Notes: generated by a model from the letters alone, not told the origin. A stretch of DNA of 64,000 nt from Oceanispirochaeta sp. (GCA_963666275.2 CAXXOA010000002.1:2112001-2176000), one strand, 5' to 3'. Shown: positions 1 through 9,410, numbered from the stretch's first letter. Numbers and translations are program-made.

Positions 1-24
1 GAGAATAAATACCAGAAGTTTCAT
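1..24 (-). CDS. 5' end of a gene running off the window (MKLLVFIL..., signal-peptide-like)
   Basis: ATG at 24-22 preceded by GGAG on the minus strand; only 8 codons visible. Confidence 0.4.
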
Positions 25-174
25 TCAATACTCCGGAGAAATTATTACATTTCTGATAGTACATATAATCAGGTAAATCAGTTTTATTGTCAAATTCAAA
101 AATTGAACAGGCTCCCGGGAATAACGGGTTCTCTTCCCTTTCTTAGTTCTGCCCCGGTATGTTAAGATCCCTTT

Positions 175-369
175 ATGGATGGAAAAACACGCGCTAATAT
201 CAAACCGGGCCTGAAAGTGGCCATAGTACTGAAAAAAGATCAGAGAACCGGAACACTGACCGAAGGTGTGGTGGCTGATCTGCTGACCAATTCTCCCCAT
301 CATCCCCATGGGATCAAAGTTCGTCTTCAGGACGGTCAGGTCGGAAGGGTTCAGAAGATCCTCTCCTGA
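175..369 (+). CDS. YwbE/DUF2196 family small protein
   Basis: IVLKKDQRTG..LTNS..HPHGIKVRL.DGQVGRV signature. Confidence 0.85.
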   Translation: MDGKTRANIKPGLKVAIVLKKDQRTGTLTEGVVADLLTNSPHHPHGIKVRLQDGQVGRVQKILS

Positions 370-417
370 GGACTGTTCTCTATAAAATCAAATAAATTTA
401 AATGACAGGATCAGTAT

Positions 418-963
418 ATGAAAATAATGGTAATTTCTGATATTCACGGCAAGCTGCCGGCTCTGGAGAAAGCACTGGATATCTATAAAAAGGGAAATTT
501 TCAGAAGCTTTTTATCCTGGGTGACCTTATGTATCACGGTCCCCGGAATCCTATCCCGGAAGGGTATGATCCCGCCGGGGTTGCAGCGCGGCTGAATCCT
601 CTGAAAGAGGAGATCCTGGCAATCCGGGGCAACTGTGACAGCGAGGTGGATCAGATGCTTCTGGAATTCCCCGTGCTGGCCGATTCGGCCCAGTTCGCCT
701 GGGACAAGAGACGTTTTGTTCTTACCCACGGTCATCTGGATGCCTCCCGGGTTCTGCCGCCTCTTTATGGGGAGGTTCGTCTGACCGGGCATACCCATAT
801 ACCGGTACTGGAGGTCAAAGAGGGGGTCTGTTATTTCAATCCCGGATCAGTCTCTCTGCCCAAGGGGGGATTCACCGCCTCTTTCGGTATCATTGAAGAG
901 GATCAGTATTCGGTCTGTCTTCTGGACTCGCAGGAACTTCTCTTCTCCCTGAGCCGGGAATGA
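418..963 (+). CDS. yfcE: YfcE/MJ0936-type metallophosphodiesterase
   Basis: SDIHG, LGDLMYHGPRNP, RGNCD, THGH, GHTH, NPGS motifs. Confidence 0.88.
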   Translation: MKIMVISDIHGKLPALEKALDIYKKGNFQKLFILGDLMYHGPRNPIPEGYDPAGVAARLNPLKEEILAIRGNCDSEVDQMLLEFPVLADSAQFAWDKRRFVLTHGHLDASRVLPPLYGEVRLTGHTHIPVLEVKEGVCYFNPGSVSLPKGGFTASFGIIEEDQYSVCLLDSQELLFSLSRE

Positions 964-976
964 TGGTTCGGGGGTT

Positions 977-1846
977 ATGAAAAGGGTATTCATTAAACTC
1001 ATTCCCTCTCCTCTTCTGCTTATGATCCTCTTCTCGAGTATCCCTCTTTTCGGTCTGAACAGCCCTGTCTCTTTGAAGGTCTGTGCCTTTCAGACGGTTC
1101 TGGACCCCTCGGAATATGCTGATTTCACGACCTATACGGAAAGTCTGGCCCAGCTGGTTTATGACCATCCCGGCCAGGATCTCTATGTATTTCCCGAATA
1201 CACCAGTGCTGTGGCTTTTACCTCTTTTCTGACTCCCCCCGGAAGAATAGATCCCGTTTTTCTGGCGGAAAATCTGAAAAACTGGAATCGAAGAATTCAG
1301 GCGTTCTGGGAAGAACTTGCTTCTGAAACCGGCAGCTATATACTGGCAGGTACAACCCTGGCGGTGGAAAAGGGGAGGCTCTACAACAGAGCCTGGGTTT
1401 TTTCTCCCCCTGGGCTCTTCCATACTCAGGACAAAGCTTTTCTGGGGGATCCGGAAATACTTCTGGGACTGACTCCAGGAAGTCAGGAGCTGATAAAACC
1501 CTTCCGGATCAATGGGATAGAGATAGCACTGACAGTCTGCCGGGATACCTACAACCCTGTCTGGAACAGCCAGTTCGAAAACATTGATCTGTGGATAGAT
1601 ATCAAAGGGAACGAACTGGCCTATACCAGAGAGTATTTTGATCAGGCCCTGCCTGCCAGACTGCGGGAGTATCCCGGGAATCCTCTGGGGCTGACTCTCT
1701 GCGTTACCGGCCCCTGGCTGGACTTTACCTTCAGCGGGATTTCCTCCCTGATCCGCGGGGATCAGACTCTTCTGGAGACAGAGTCGCCCTATAAAGCGGG
1801 GGTGCTTGTATTTACTGTTTTTCCGGGAGGGGGGACGGAGGAATAA
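977..1846 (+). CDS. Carbon-nitrogen hydrolase (nitrilase superfamily) protein with signal peptide
   Basis: VFPEY, YNRAWVF, QDK and VCRD matching the E-K-C triad; hydrophobic N-terminus. Confidence 0.75.
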   Translation: MKRVFIKLIPSPLLLMILFSSIPLFGLNSPVSLKVCAFQTVLDPSEYADFTTYTESLAQLVYDHPGQDLYVFPEYTSAVAFTSFLTPPGRIDPVFLAENLKNWNRRIQAFWEELASETGSYILAGTTLAVEKGRLYNRAWVFSPPGLFHTQDKAFLGDPEILLGLTPGSQELIKPFRINGIEIALTVCRDTYNPVWNSQFENIDLWIDIKGNELAYTREYFDQALPARLREYPGNPLGLTLCVTGPWLDFTFSGISSLIRGDQTLLETESPYKAGVLVFTVFPGGGTEE

Positions 1847-1869
1847 GATAGGGGGACGGAGGAATAAGA
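1830..1869 (+). repeat. Tandem 19-bp direct repeat GGGGGACGGAGGAATAAGA x2 (period 21)
   Basis: Copies at 1830-1848 and 1851-1869 read directly. Confidence 0.9.
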
Positions 1870-1883
1870 AAAGGGAATAGGAG

Positions 1884-2763
1884 TAGGGACGGAGGTTGGA
1901 ACAATTCAAATCTGTCTTCACATTTGTGTTAAAAGTCTTCTTTATGACAATTATGACTCATCTGTGTTACTGATCTTTCCTGATAGAGGGGAAATGTATG
2001 CGGTATGTGATGCCTGGATTGGATTACTCCGTAGAAAATACTGAATTAATGCTTTTTTGCTGGTACTGGAGTCAATTCTCGACAGAATGGGTTGTTATTG
2101 GGACGTAGTTTTCCCTTATTACCATTTTTCAGGAAACATTCTTTATGAAGGGATGATCAGACTATCAAAAAATGTGTGCTGAATGACTAAATTATCAACC
2201 GAATAGTTCCATTAACCAGTCATCAGGCTGATTCAGCAGCCTGAATCGCTTCTTTTTCAGTTCATGTATGCCGCTGTAGATATAATCCCGGGGATTTTCA
2301 CACATTCCGGCTTTAACAGGATTATTGGAAATGTAGTTGAATGTGTTGATCCACTGCAGGAATGTCCGGACAATTTTGCTTTTAAAGCGGTCATACCAGA
2401 CATGACCTTTGTATCCCATCATTTTATTAAACCGTATGGCAAAGACCGACAGGATCCACTGCATCATAGGGGATAGCCTTGTTCCATGCATGGGTTCTAC
2501 AAGCATGTGGATATGATTACTCATTACAGAATAATTAGTTACTTTAAAATTGTAGCTCTCTTTAGCTTCATCTACAACGCTGCAGAACAGTTCTTTTACT
2601 TCGTCTGAATCAAAAATGAATTCCCCTCTGTTGGTTCTGGCTGTTACGTGATAGGTTGCACCCTGCTGGGTTAATCTTGGTTTTCTCATATCTGGTATTA
2701 CTGAAAGAACGAACATGATCCTTCAAAAAAAGAAAAGATTTTTTCCATAAACCTCCGTCCCTA
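1884..2763. mobile_element. Putative RAYT/Y1 element bounded by a perfect 14-bp inverted repeat
   Basis: TAGGGACGGAGGTT (1884-1897) and AACCTCCGTCCCTA (2750-2763) enclose the transposase gene. Confidence 0.6.
2195..2689 (-). CDS. REP-associated tyrosine transposase (RAYT, Y1_Tnp HUH family)
   Basis: YHVTARTN, HUH motif MSNHIH, WYDRFKS, YISNNPVKAG; start placed at MRKPR. Confidence 0.88.
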   Translation of the reverse strand: MRKPRLTQQGATYHVTARTNRGEFIFDSDEVKELFCSVVDEAKESYNFKVTNYSVMSNHIHMLVEPMHGTRLSPMMQWILSVFAIRFNKMMGYKGHVWYDRFKSKIVRTFLQWINTFNYISNNPVKAGMCENPRDYIYSGIHELKKKRFRLLNQPDDWLMELFG

Positions 2764-2849
2764 TAAGGTATTATTAAACAGTCATGTTTTATATTGATAA
2801 AAATGATCAACTATGACACTATAAAGTATTCCCATTAGTGGAGTACAAA

Positions 2850-3879
2850 ATGAAACTTCTCCTTAGAATCCTGATTCCGGATATATTCTTATACTCGCGT
2901 CTGGTTGTTCTCTTTTCAAAGATGAATTATTTGATGAATATACAGTTACCTACTATGACAATTATGCAGATGCCGGCCCCCCCCACCTCAGCAGGTAAAG
3001 GCAGAAGGTAAAAAGATTACCCTTGAAACAAATGCCGGAGGACTTACGCGTTACGGGTATTATTATGTTGGATGGAATACAAAATTGGATGGTAGTGGTA
3101 CAGATTATATGGAAGGGGAGGAGTATTCTGAGGATGAAGACCTGGTTCTCTTTGCAAAATGGTCCGATGTTCCTGCCTATTCTATCACTTACGACTGGAA
3201 TGATGCGGATCTGGGATCGGCTCCGACCAGTCAGCTTAAATATCAGGATGAATCTGTTCAGATAGCAGACAACACAGGGCAGCTGGGAAAATATGACTTT
3301 ACCTTTGCAGGATGGAATACTGCCGCTGATGGGAGTGGTACGGATTATGCTCCGGGAGTTTCCTATTCGGGCAATGCTGATCTGACACTGTTTGCCCGTT
3401 GGGCACCGAGTATTATCACTGATGTAATTGCTTCAGGCGATTATTCATTGATACTTAAAAACGATGGTTCTGTATGGTTGCTTGGTAATAATTATTTCAC
3501 TAGTACTGTAGGAGCAGTTACTGTCAGCTGGACTCCACTGAAAATATTATATAGTAAGGGGGCTGCAATAACTACAGGAGGAGGCTCTTCATTTGTATTC
3601 AGACCAGATGGTACTGTCTGGGCAGGGGGAAGAAATTCATACGGCCAATTAGGTTCTGGGCTCGATGGAACACTTCCCTGAGGTGGTATCAGTAGTACCT
3701 ACAGAAATGAATTTTCTCAAATTCCTATCTCGAATCTAATTTCCATAGCATCAGGGAGCGTTCATTCTTTATTTTTGAAAACTGATGGTTCTGTTTGGGG
3801 TATGGGATACAATCTGACTGGCCAATTGGGATATCAGGAGACTCAGTGTATATACTCTCCAATACAAATTCTGCCCTAA
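2850..3879 (+). pseudogene. Disrupted lipoprotein with two Listeria-Bacteroides (Flg_new/InlB B-type) repeats and RCC1-like repeats
   Basis: Lipobox ILASGC; two GWNT..DGSGTDY..LFA(K/R)W repeats; LKxDGSVW..G.N..GQLG repeats; frameshifts near 2880 and at C8 2977-2984; in-frame TGA 3679-3681. Confidence 0.8.
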
Positions 3880-3900
3880 GATATCTTTATCTATACCAAT

Positions 3901-3938
3901 AAAAAGTGCCGGCTCCTTTATCTAGGAAGCCGGCATTT
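3901..3938. terminator. Probable bidirectional intrinsic terminator
   Basis: TGCCGGCT...AGCCGGCA stem with A-tract on the left and T-rich tail, between convergent genes. Confidence 0.7.
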
Positions 3939-3983
3939 CCTTATTACTTTATATTCTCTCATGATAATTATTAATTGAACCAA

Positions 3984-5072
3984 TCAACCAATCAGATCCA
4001 GCTCCGCCAGAGCCTGGGTAATCTCCTGTTTCGGATTATCACTCAGAAGAAGCGTCTTCCCTGTAATCTTTTCGGCCAGATCGATATACAGGCGGCTCAC
4101 TTCCATCATCTGTTCATCCTTCAGTCGGAAAGTGGCGGCCAGTTCCTTCCTCTCAACCATTCTGTCTTTGTTCAGAAGCACGTCCTTGTCAGGTACGCTG
4201 GCCTGGAGCATCTCCCGGAAAAACTCTTTCGAATCCTCCCGGATCTCTCCCTTTTCATAGAGGGCTTTGTCCCAGTAGCGGGAGGAGTCGGGGGTGCCGA
4301 TTTCATCGATATAGATCATTTCAGTTTTATCCCCTTCGCCGATGAAGCCGAACTCGAATTTGGTGTCTACGAAGACTTTTCCAATCTTGTCCAGTTCCCG
4401 GGAAATCAGGTTAAATCCTTCGGTCAGAAGGGTTTCATAGCGATCAACATCTTCGGCATTCCGGAAGTTGAATACTCCCAGATTGTTCAGGATCTGATCC
4501 TTGGTGATATTCACATCATCAATTTCGGGAATCCCTTCCACTCCGGTAACGATACCTTTGGTAGAGGGGGTAATCAGGAGCTCATCCAGCTTCTGGTTCC
4601 GTTTGAGTCCCTCCGGCAGAGTAATGCCGCAGATCTCCCGGTCCCCCTTTTCGTAGGACCGCCACATACTGCCTGTAATGTACTGCCGGGCAATGGCTTC
4701 GACCATCACAGGCCGGGCCTTTCTGACAACCCAGACCAGAGGGTGGGGGACATCTACAATATGGTTTCCCGCCAGGCCTTCTTCTTCAAAACGGGTAAAC
4801 CAGTAGTGGGCTATGGCATTCAGGGCAGCGCCTTTGCCGGGAATCCCTTTCAGTCCTCCCTCGCTCTGCCAGATACACTCATAGGCGGAGATCCTGTCGC
4901 TGATAACCATAACCGCCAGTTCTTCCTGACCCAGGCCGTAACGGGCACAGAGCCGTTTGTTATCTTCCTCTGTCAGCCAGTAGACTGAACGAACCTTGCC
5001 GGAATGAACGTTTCCTGCATGTTTTATGGGTAGGTCGTCAGTTTTTACAAGTGCTTTTTCGGTTATTGCCAT
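3984..5072 (-). CDS. purC: SAICAR synthetase (long, ~360 aa type)
   Basis: HSGKVRSVY, ISDRISAY, TPSTKG, DTKFEFG, IDEIGTPDSSRYW. Confidence 0.95.
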   Translation of the reverse strand: MAITEKALVKTDDLPIKHAGNVHSGKVRSVYWLTEEDNKRLCARYGLGQEELAVMVISDRISAYECIWQSEGGLKGIPGKGAALNAIAHYWFTRFEEEGLAGNHIVDVPHPLVWVVRKARPVMVEAIARQYITGSMWRSYEKGDREICGITLPEGLKRNQKLDELLITPSTKGIVTGVEGIPEIDDVNITKDQILNNLGVFNFRNAEDVDRYETLLTEGFNLISRELDKIGKVFVDTKFEFGFIGEGDKTEMIYIDEIGTPDSSRYWDKALYEKGEIREDSKEFFREMLQASVPDKDVLLNKDRMVERKELAATFRLKDEQMMEVSRLYIDLAEKITGKTLLLSDNPKQEITQALAELDLIG

Positions 5073-5344
5073 TGATTATCCCCCGATTCATGTACTGTTT
5101 TGCATTATCTATTTACAGGTAAATCCCTGTTCCCAGGTTTTTACTGCTATTTTGTTTCTCCTTTATAGTACTTGTCAGACAACATTTTCAATAGTCCCGG
5201 GCGGAAAATCCAGGGGAAATCCCGAAGGATCCTGTAACCTCGGCCTAATTCGTACGTTTATTATCATATATCCGGTTCTAGTCGTTTTGAGACTATCTTC
5301 CGAAAGTGACTTTGAGAATTATGAATAAATGAAACATTCCCCCA

Positions 5345-5470
5345 ATGAGCAGAACCATACTGATGTCTCTTATCCTATTATCCAGTGTTTCCATTCTGAA
5401 TGCTGAAGAATCCTCCGTCCTCATTGAAAACCTGGAGGAACAACAATCAGAACAATCCTCCGTCCCCTGA
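5345..5470 (+). CDS. 41-aa signal-peptide ORF, possibly a truncated secreted protein
   Basis: MSRTILMSLILLSSVSILNA-EESSV...SSVP*; not in the ORF track (<60 aa). Confidence 0.4.
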   Translation: MSRTILMSLILLSSVSILNAEESSVLIENLEEQQSEQSSVP

Positions 5471-5510
5471 TGCGCGCCTCCTGGCTTCCGATGGATAATC
5501 CTCCGTCCCC
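5409..5510 (-). repeat. Three AATCCTCCGTCC(CC) copies, the inverse of the GGGGACGGAGGA motif near the RAYT
   Basis: Copies start at 5409, 5454 and 5497. Confidence 0.85.
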
Positions 5511-5532
5511 GGGCAGGGAATACTGTCAGTTT

Positions 5533-5570
5533 AAAAAAAGGGCCGCTGCAGATATCATCCGCAACAGCCC
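5533..5570 (-). terminator. Intrinsic terminator of the flavoprotein reductase gene
   Basis: Minus strand GGGCTGTTGCGGA-TGATA-TCTGCAGCGGCCC then TTTTTT (G-U pairs). Confidence 0.7.
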
Positions 5571-5605
5571 TGTTATTTATAGGTCAGCTTTCAGCTGAAG
5601 AGATT

Positions 5606-7558
5606 CTAGAGTCCTGCGGAAGCGCTGGCTCCGGCAATCCGTCCGAATACCATGGTATCGGGAATGGCATTACCGCCCACGCGGTTACCTGCATGGATAC
5701 CTCCAGTGACTTCTCCGGCTGCATAGAACCCGGGGATCGGATTTCCCTCTGAATCCAGGACCTGAGCATCCTTGTTGATTCTCAGACCGCCCATGGTGTG
5801 GTGGATACTGGGTTTCCGGGGAGTCGCCCAGAAGGGGCCCTCGTCGATTTTCTGACCCAGTTTGACTTTGCCGAAATCTTTATCCGCTCCGGCATCGCAG
5901 AAGGCGTTATACTTTTCGATTTCCGCAACGAATACTTCCGGGTCGGCGCCGAACTGTACCGCCAGGTCTTCCAGGGTGTCTGCTTTGTAGATGCTGTGAT
6001 CCTTGAGAAGTTCATCGATGGAGTTGCCCCAGATATTCTGGCCGCCCAGCTGGGGATCACCGGAAGACGCCTGGTCTCCTACAATCCAGAACATACCATC
6101 GGTCTGATTCAGTGCTGCCTTGGCAAGAACGTCCCGGCTTTCGTATTCAGAGACAAAGCGTTTTCCCTCTTTGTTGACAAAAACCTGATCGTCCGCGCTT
6201 CCCCAGACTCCTCCGCCCAGAGATCCTGTGGTGGGGTGGGAGCTGGGCATGAGCTGAATGTAACCCATTCCAACAAGGTCGGCTCCGATCTCTTTACCCA
6301 TGACAATTCCGTCACCTGTTGCCAGGGCTGTGTTAGTGGTGGGCATATCCGGGGTCAGACAGTCCCAGTAGTTATCGTATTCCATGGCCATCTCAGGATT
6401 GGCTCCGTAACCACCGGTGGCCATGACCACTCCCTTTATGGCTGTGAGTATGACTTTGGTTCCGTCGGTTTTTTCAGCAAGAACACCCGTAACCCGGCCG
6501 TTTTCCACAACCAGTTTCTGAGCTTTCGTCTCCAGCATAATGTCGACGTCAAATTTTTTGGAGGCATTGTCCAGGGGAACAATGAATCCGTGACCTACCG
6601 TAGAGCTCAGAGAGTGCATACGGGGCCAGAGGCCTCCCAGTACAGTACTGATGGAGTCCAGGATGTCTGTGTTGTCATCATAGGAAACCAGCCATTCCAG
6701 AGAGTCCAGGGCCCGGGAGGTCAGGGTCCGAACCAGCTCATAATCCCCGTGTATTTCGCTTCCGTCCAGTCCGGTTCTTTTTCCCGCCTTGTAGGTCTGG
6801 AAGATATGGAGTTCCACACTGTCGAAAAGAAGGGATGTATCACCTTTCAGGTAGTCGCTGATCTGGGTTTTAAGAACAGCCAGACTGGGACGGAAATCCG
6901 CATCAATGGTAGATTCGTCGATGGTCAGAATCCTTTTGAGTTCAGTGATCTGGGAAGGATCCATGGGAACTGATTTCTGGCGTACAGGGTCGGCACAGTT
7001 GTAGGCGCCGCCCGCACGGATCGTATTGCCTCCCAGGGCTGATCCTTTTTCAATCAGGATTACTTCCGAACCGTTGGTCACCGCACTCAGGGCCGCAGCC
7101 AGACCGGCACCGCCGCCGCCGATAATGATAACATCAGCTGTTTTTTCAATATCCTGACCGGCTTTCACGGCAGCTGCCGCTTTGGTCATCAGGGCTTCCA
7201 CGTCTCCGCCGGCCTGTTTTACACAGTCCGCAACGGCTTCAATCACAGCCTTGCTTGAATTGGTGGCTCCGCTGACGGTATCCACATTCAAAGTCTGCCC
7301 CGCAACGATCTGTTCGGGGATTTTTACAAGGGCCGGATCGGCAATACCCGGAGTCTCATGATTTTCTCCCACAGAGATAGATTTGATGGCATCATCTGTG
7401 AAAACCACAGTGACGGGAACCATCCCTCCGTTTCCCATTTTCTCAGCCGTATAGCTTCCGGCTTTATAGACGCCGCTCTGTCCTTTTGAACAGCCCGCCG
7501 TGGTCAGCAGCAGAGCCGCTGTCAAGATCAGAGACAGCAGTTTTATACCCTTTTTCAT
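5606..7558 (-). CDS. Lipoprotein flavocytochrome-c-type reductase with FMN-binding domain; urocanate reductase (UrdA)-like
   Basis: Lipobox TTAGC; flavinylation motif DTVSGAT; GGGGAG FAD motif; HHTMGG, GGIHAGNRVGGN; IQLMP in place of the fumarate-reductase His motif. Confidence 0.8.
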   Translation of the reverse strand: MKKGIKLLSLILTAALLLTTAGCSKGQSGVYKAGSYTAEKMGNGGMVPVTVVFTDDAIKSISVGENHETPGIADPALVKIPEQIVAGQTLNVDTVSGATNSSKAVIEAVADCVKQAGGDVEALMTKAAAAVKAGQDIEKTADVIIIGGGGAGLAAALSAVTNGSEVILIEKGSALGGNTIRAGGAYNCADPVRQKSVPMDPSQITELKRILTIDESTIDADFRPSLAVLKTQISDYLKGDTSLLFDSVELHIFQTYKAGKRTGLDGSEIHGDYELVRTLTSRALDSLEWLVSYDDNTDILDSISTVLGGLWPRMHSLSSTVGHGFIVPLDNASKKFDVDIMLETKAQKLVVENGRVTGVLAEKTDGTKVILTAIKGVVMATGGYGANPEMAMEYDNYWDCLTPDMPTTNTALATGDGIVMGKEIGADLVGMGYIQLMPSSHPTTGSLGGGVWGSADDQVFVNKEGKRFVSEYESRDVLAKAALNQTDGMFWIVGDQASSGDPQLGGQNIWGNSIDELLKDHSIYKADTLEDLAVQFGADPEVFVAEIEKYNAFCDAGADKDFGKVKLGQKIDEGPFWATPRKPSIHHTMGGLRINKDAQVLDSEGNPIPGFYAAGEVTGGIHAGNRVGGNAIPDTMVFGRIAGASASAGL

Positions 7559-7630
7559 AGCATCCTCCTAAAGATGATTATTCGGTATTGTAGTATCGAT
7601 AAATTATTATCATAGAAGGAGCCTGCGGTC

Positions 7631-7646
7631 TGTGGTGTGCGCTACA
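7631..7646. promoter_or_regulatory. Putative Crp/Fnr-family binding site
   Basis: TGTGG-N6-CTACA resembles TGTGA-N6-TCACA; lies upstream of the reductase and next to a Crp/Fnr gene. Confidence 0.5.
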
Positions 7647-7660
7647 TAAAAGAAGATTTA

Positions 7661-8347
7661 TTATTCATCCAGGATTTTTTCCAGAGAAGAAAGATCTTTT
7701 ATGACAATTTTCCCTCTGGAGATTTCTATGCAGCCCTTCTTTTTCAGAGCCTGTAGATGCCGGGACACATTGGTTCTATCCATGGCTATATAGGTGGCGA
7801 TCATATCCTGAGTTGCTCTGATTGTCAGAACATCCGGGCAGCAGTGAGCCTGATCTGACGCTCCATGCCGTTCGGCGCAGCTTACCAGGAAACTGACCAC
7901 CCTTTTGGAGCCGTCCGCATAGAGGAGGTGACCCATATCGTACTGGAGAGAAATCGCAAGATTGTCATAAAATGTCAGTATTTTGAAGAGGATCTCCGGG
8001 TTCTCACAGAGGAGGTTTTCATACTGTTTTTTTGTAAAAGCAAGCATTTCCACCCGGGGATAGGGTTCGAAAAGAAAAATCTGCCTGGCGTGCTTTACCT
8101 GGGAGCGGGAGTACATGGGCAGAATGCTCCCTTCTTTGAGAACAGCATTGACCTTTTCATTTCCATTGGTAAGGGATAAAAGCAGACGGCAGCAGCCGGA
8201 GAGCACATAATAGGCATAGTAGGGGCGGTCCAGCAGTTCCTCCAAAGGCTGAGGGGCTGAAAATATTTCTGCCCGGGAAGAGTATTTCAGAAGAGTTTCC
8301 CTGTATTCTGAAAAATCATTGTTCAAGTTTCTGTATAGCAGTGCCAT
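7661..8347 (-). CDS. Crp/Fnr family transcriptional regulator
   Basis: cNMP-like domain (YYVLSG), C-terminal HTH TQDMIATYIAMDRTNVSRHL; start at MALLY after a GGGGAG RBS. Confidence 0.85.
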   Translation of the reverse strand: MALLYRNLNNDFSEYRETLLKYSSRAEIFSAPQPLEELLDRPYYAYYVLSGCCRLLLSLTNGNEKVNAVLKEGSILPMYSRSQVKHARQIFLFEPYPRVEMLAFTKKQYENLLCENPEILFKILTFYDNLAISLQYDMGHLLYADGSKRVVSFLVSCAERHGASDQAHCCPDVLTIRATQDMIATYIAMDRTNVSRHLQALKKKGCIEISRGKIVIKDLSSLEKILDE

Positions 8348-8510
8348 GAGTTTTATTCTCCCCCCGGGCTTATACTTATTGCTTTCCAGAGGCTTTGTCA
8401 ATTCACGGGGCTTCTCATTTATTCCGGGAATAGAATTCCGGAACTGCTTCCATCTACGATTCTGCCCCGGTGTATTGACCAGACGGGAGAAAAAGCCTTT
8501 TATGTACCCT

Positions 8511-9410
8511 ATGGAAAAAGACAAAGATTCTCTTTTTATATATATGCTTGCCGCCGCCCTTTCCGCCCTTTTCATGGGGACTATCGGTACTATTTCCGCC
8601 TATTCCGGGCTGGGTGCGGAGACTGTCACGTTTTTCCGTCTTTTCGGAGGGTGTCTGTTTATGACAATACTCCTGATTGCCCAGAAAAAGATATCTCTTG
8701 TGAAAATCCGTTTCTCTCCCTCCCTTCTTATAAGCGGTTTCTGTCTGGCCGGTTTTATTGTGATGTACATACAGTCCATGAAATATACATCCATGGCCAA
8801 TGCGGTTGTCACGATCTATCTGGCTCCCCTGGCGGCTTCAGCGGGTGGACATTTCTTCTTTTCCGAAAAGCTGAACCGTTTCTCTTTTTTCCTCATCTGT
8901 CTGGCGCTGGCAGGATTCCTTATTATGAAAGGCTTTGACCCAGCAGCTGGAGGGGACGGAGCAAAAAACTCTCTGAAAGGGATGGTTCTGGCCATGACTG
9001 CTATGGTTTTCTATGCCCTTTATATTCTTATGAACAGGATTATTCCCGGAGAAATTCCTGTTTTTGCCAGGACCTGGTATCAGTTCCTCTTCGGTGCTCT
9101 TGTTATACTGCCTTTTTTTCTGATTCACAGGGAAGCCATTGCTCCGGTGCAGGCTTTCTGGCTGGGAATGGCAGGGCTCTTTCCCGGATTTCTGGGGATT
9201 CTTATGGCTGTAACTGCTCTGGACAGACTGCCCGCTGCGGCTTTCGGAACTCTGGCGTATCTGGAACCCATAACAGTGATGTTTCTGGGATGGACTCTCT
9301 TCGGTCAGACTCTGACACTCTGGCAGATGGCAGGAGCACTGATTATCATTTCTGCTGGATTTCTGAGAGTGTTCATTCCGCCTGTGACTCCCCGGATGGC
9401 CGAGGTCTGA
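8511..9410 (+). CDS. DMT/EamA family transporter
   Basis: About 10 TM segments, YLAP..FFSEK, AYLEP motifs; start approximate. Confidence 0.85.
   Translation: MEKDKDSLFIYMLAAALSALFMGTIGTISAYSGLGAETVTFFRLFGGCLFMTILLIAQKKISLVKIRFSPSLLISGFCLAGFIVMYIQSMKYTSMANAVVTIYLAPLAASAGGHFFFSEKLNRFSFFLICLALAGFLIMKGFDPAAGGDGAKNSLKGMVLAMTAMVFYALYILMNRIIPGEIPVFARTWYQFLFGALVILPFFLIHREAIAPVQAFWLGMAGLFPGFLGILMAVTALDRLPAAAFGTLAYLEPITVMFLGWTLFGQTLTLWQMAGALIIISAGFLRVFIPPVTPRMAEV

Noticed and set aside
1900..2190. Possible ncRNA or gene remnant inside the RAYT element
   Set aside because: No convincing ORF or stable structure identifiable by eye; left unassigned.
3679..3681. In-frame TGA as selenocysteine or recoding
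   Set aside because: Not at a catalytic Cys position, the gene has other lesions, and TGA is a normal stop throughout the window.
5073..5340. Possible ZTP/purine riboswitch upstream of purC (CCGCCCGGG on the minus strand)
   Set aside because: The complementary 5' elements and consensus core are not recognisable.
5409..5510. Regularly spaced repeats resembling a mini-CRISPR
   Set aside because: Repeats are only 12-14 bp, three copies, no cas genes; the motif matches the RAYT-flanking repeat instead.
8952..8961. GGGGACGGAG inside the EamA gene (similar partial hits near 38308 and 39849)
   Set aside because: Short in-frame matches explainable by coding sequence or chance.
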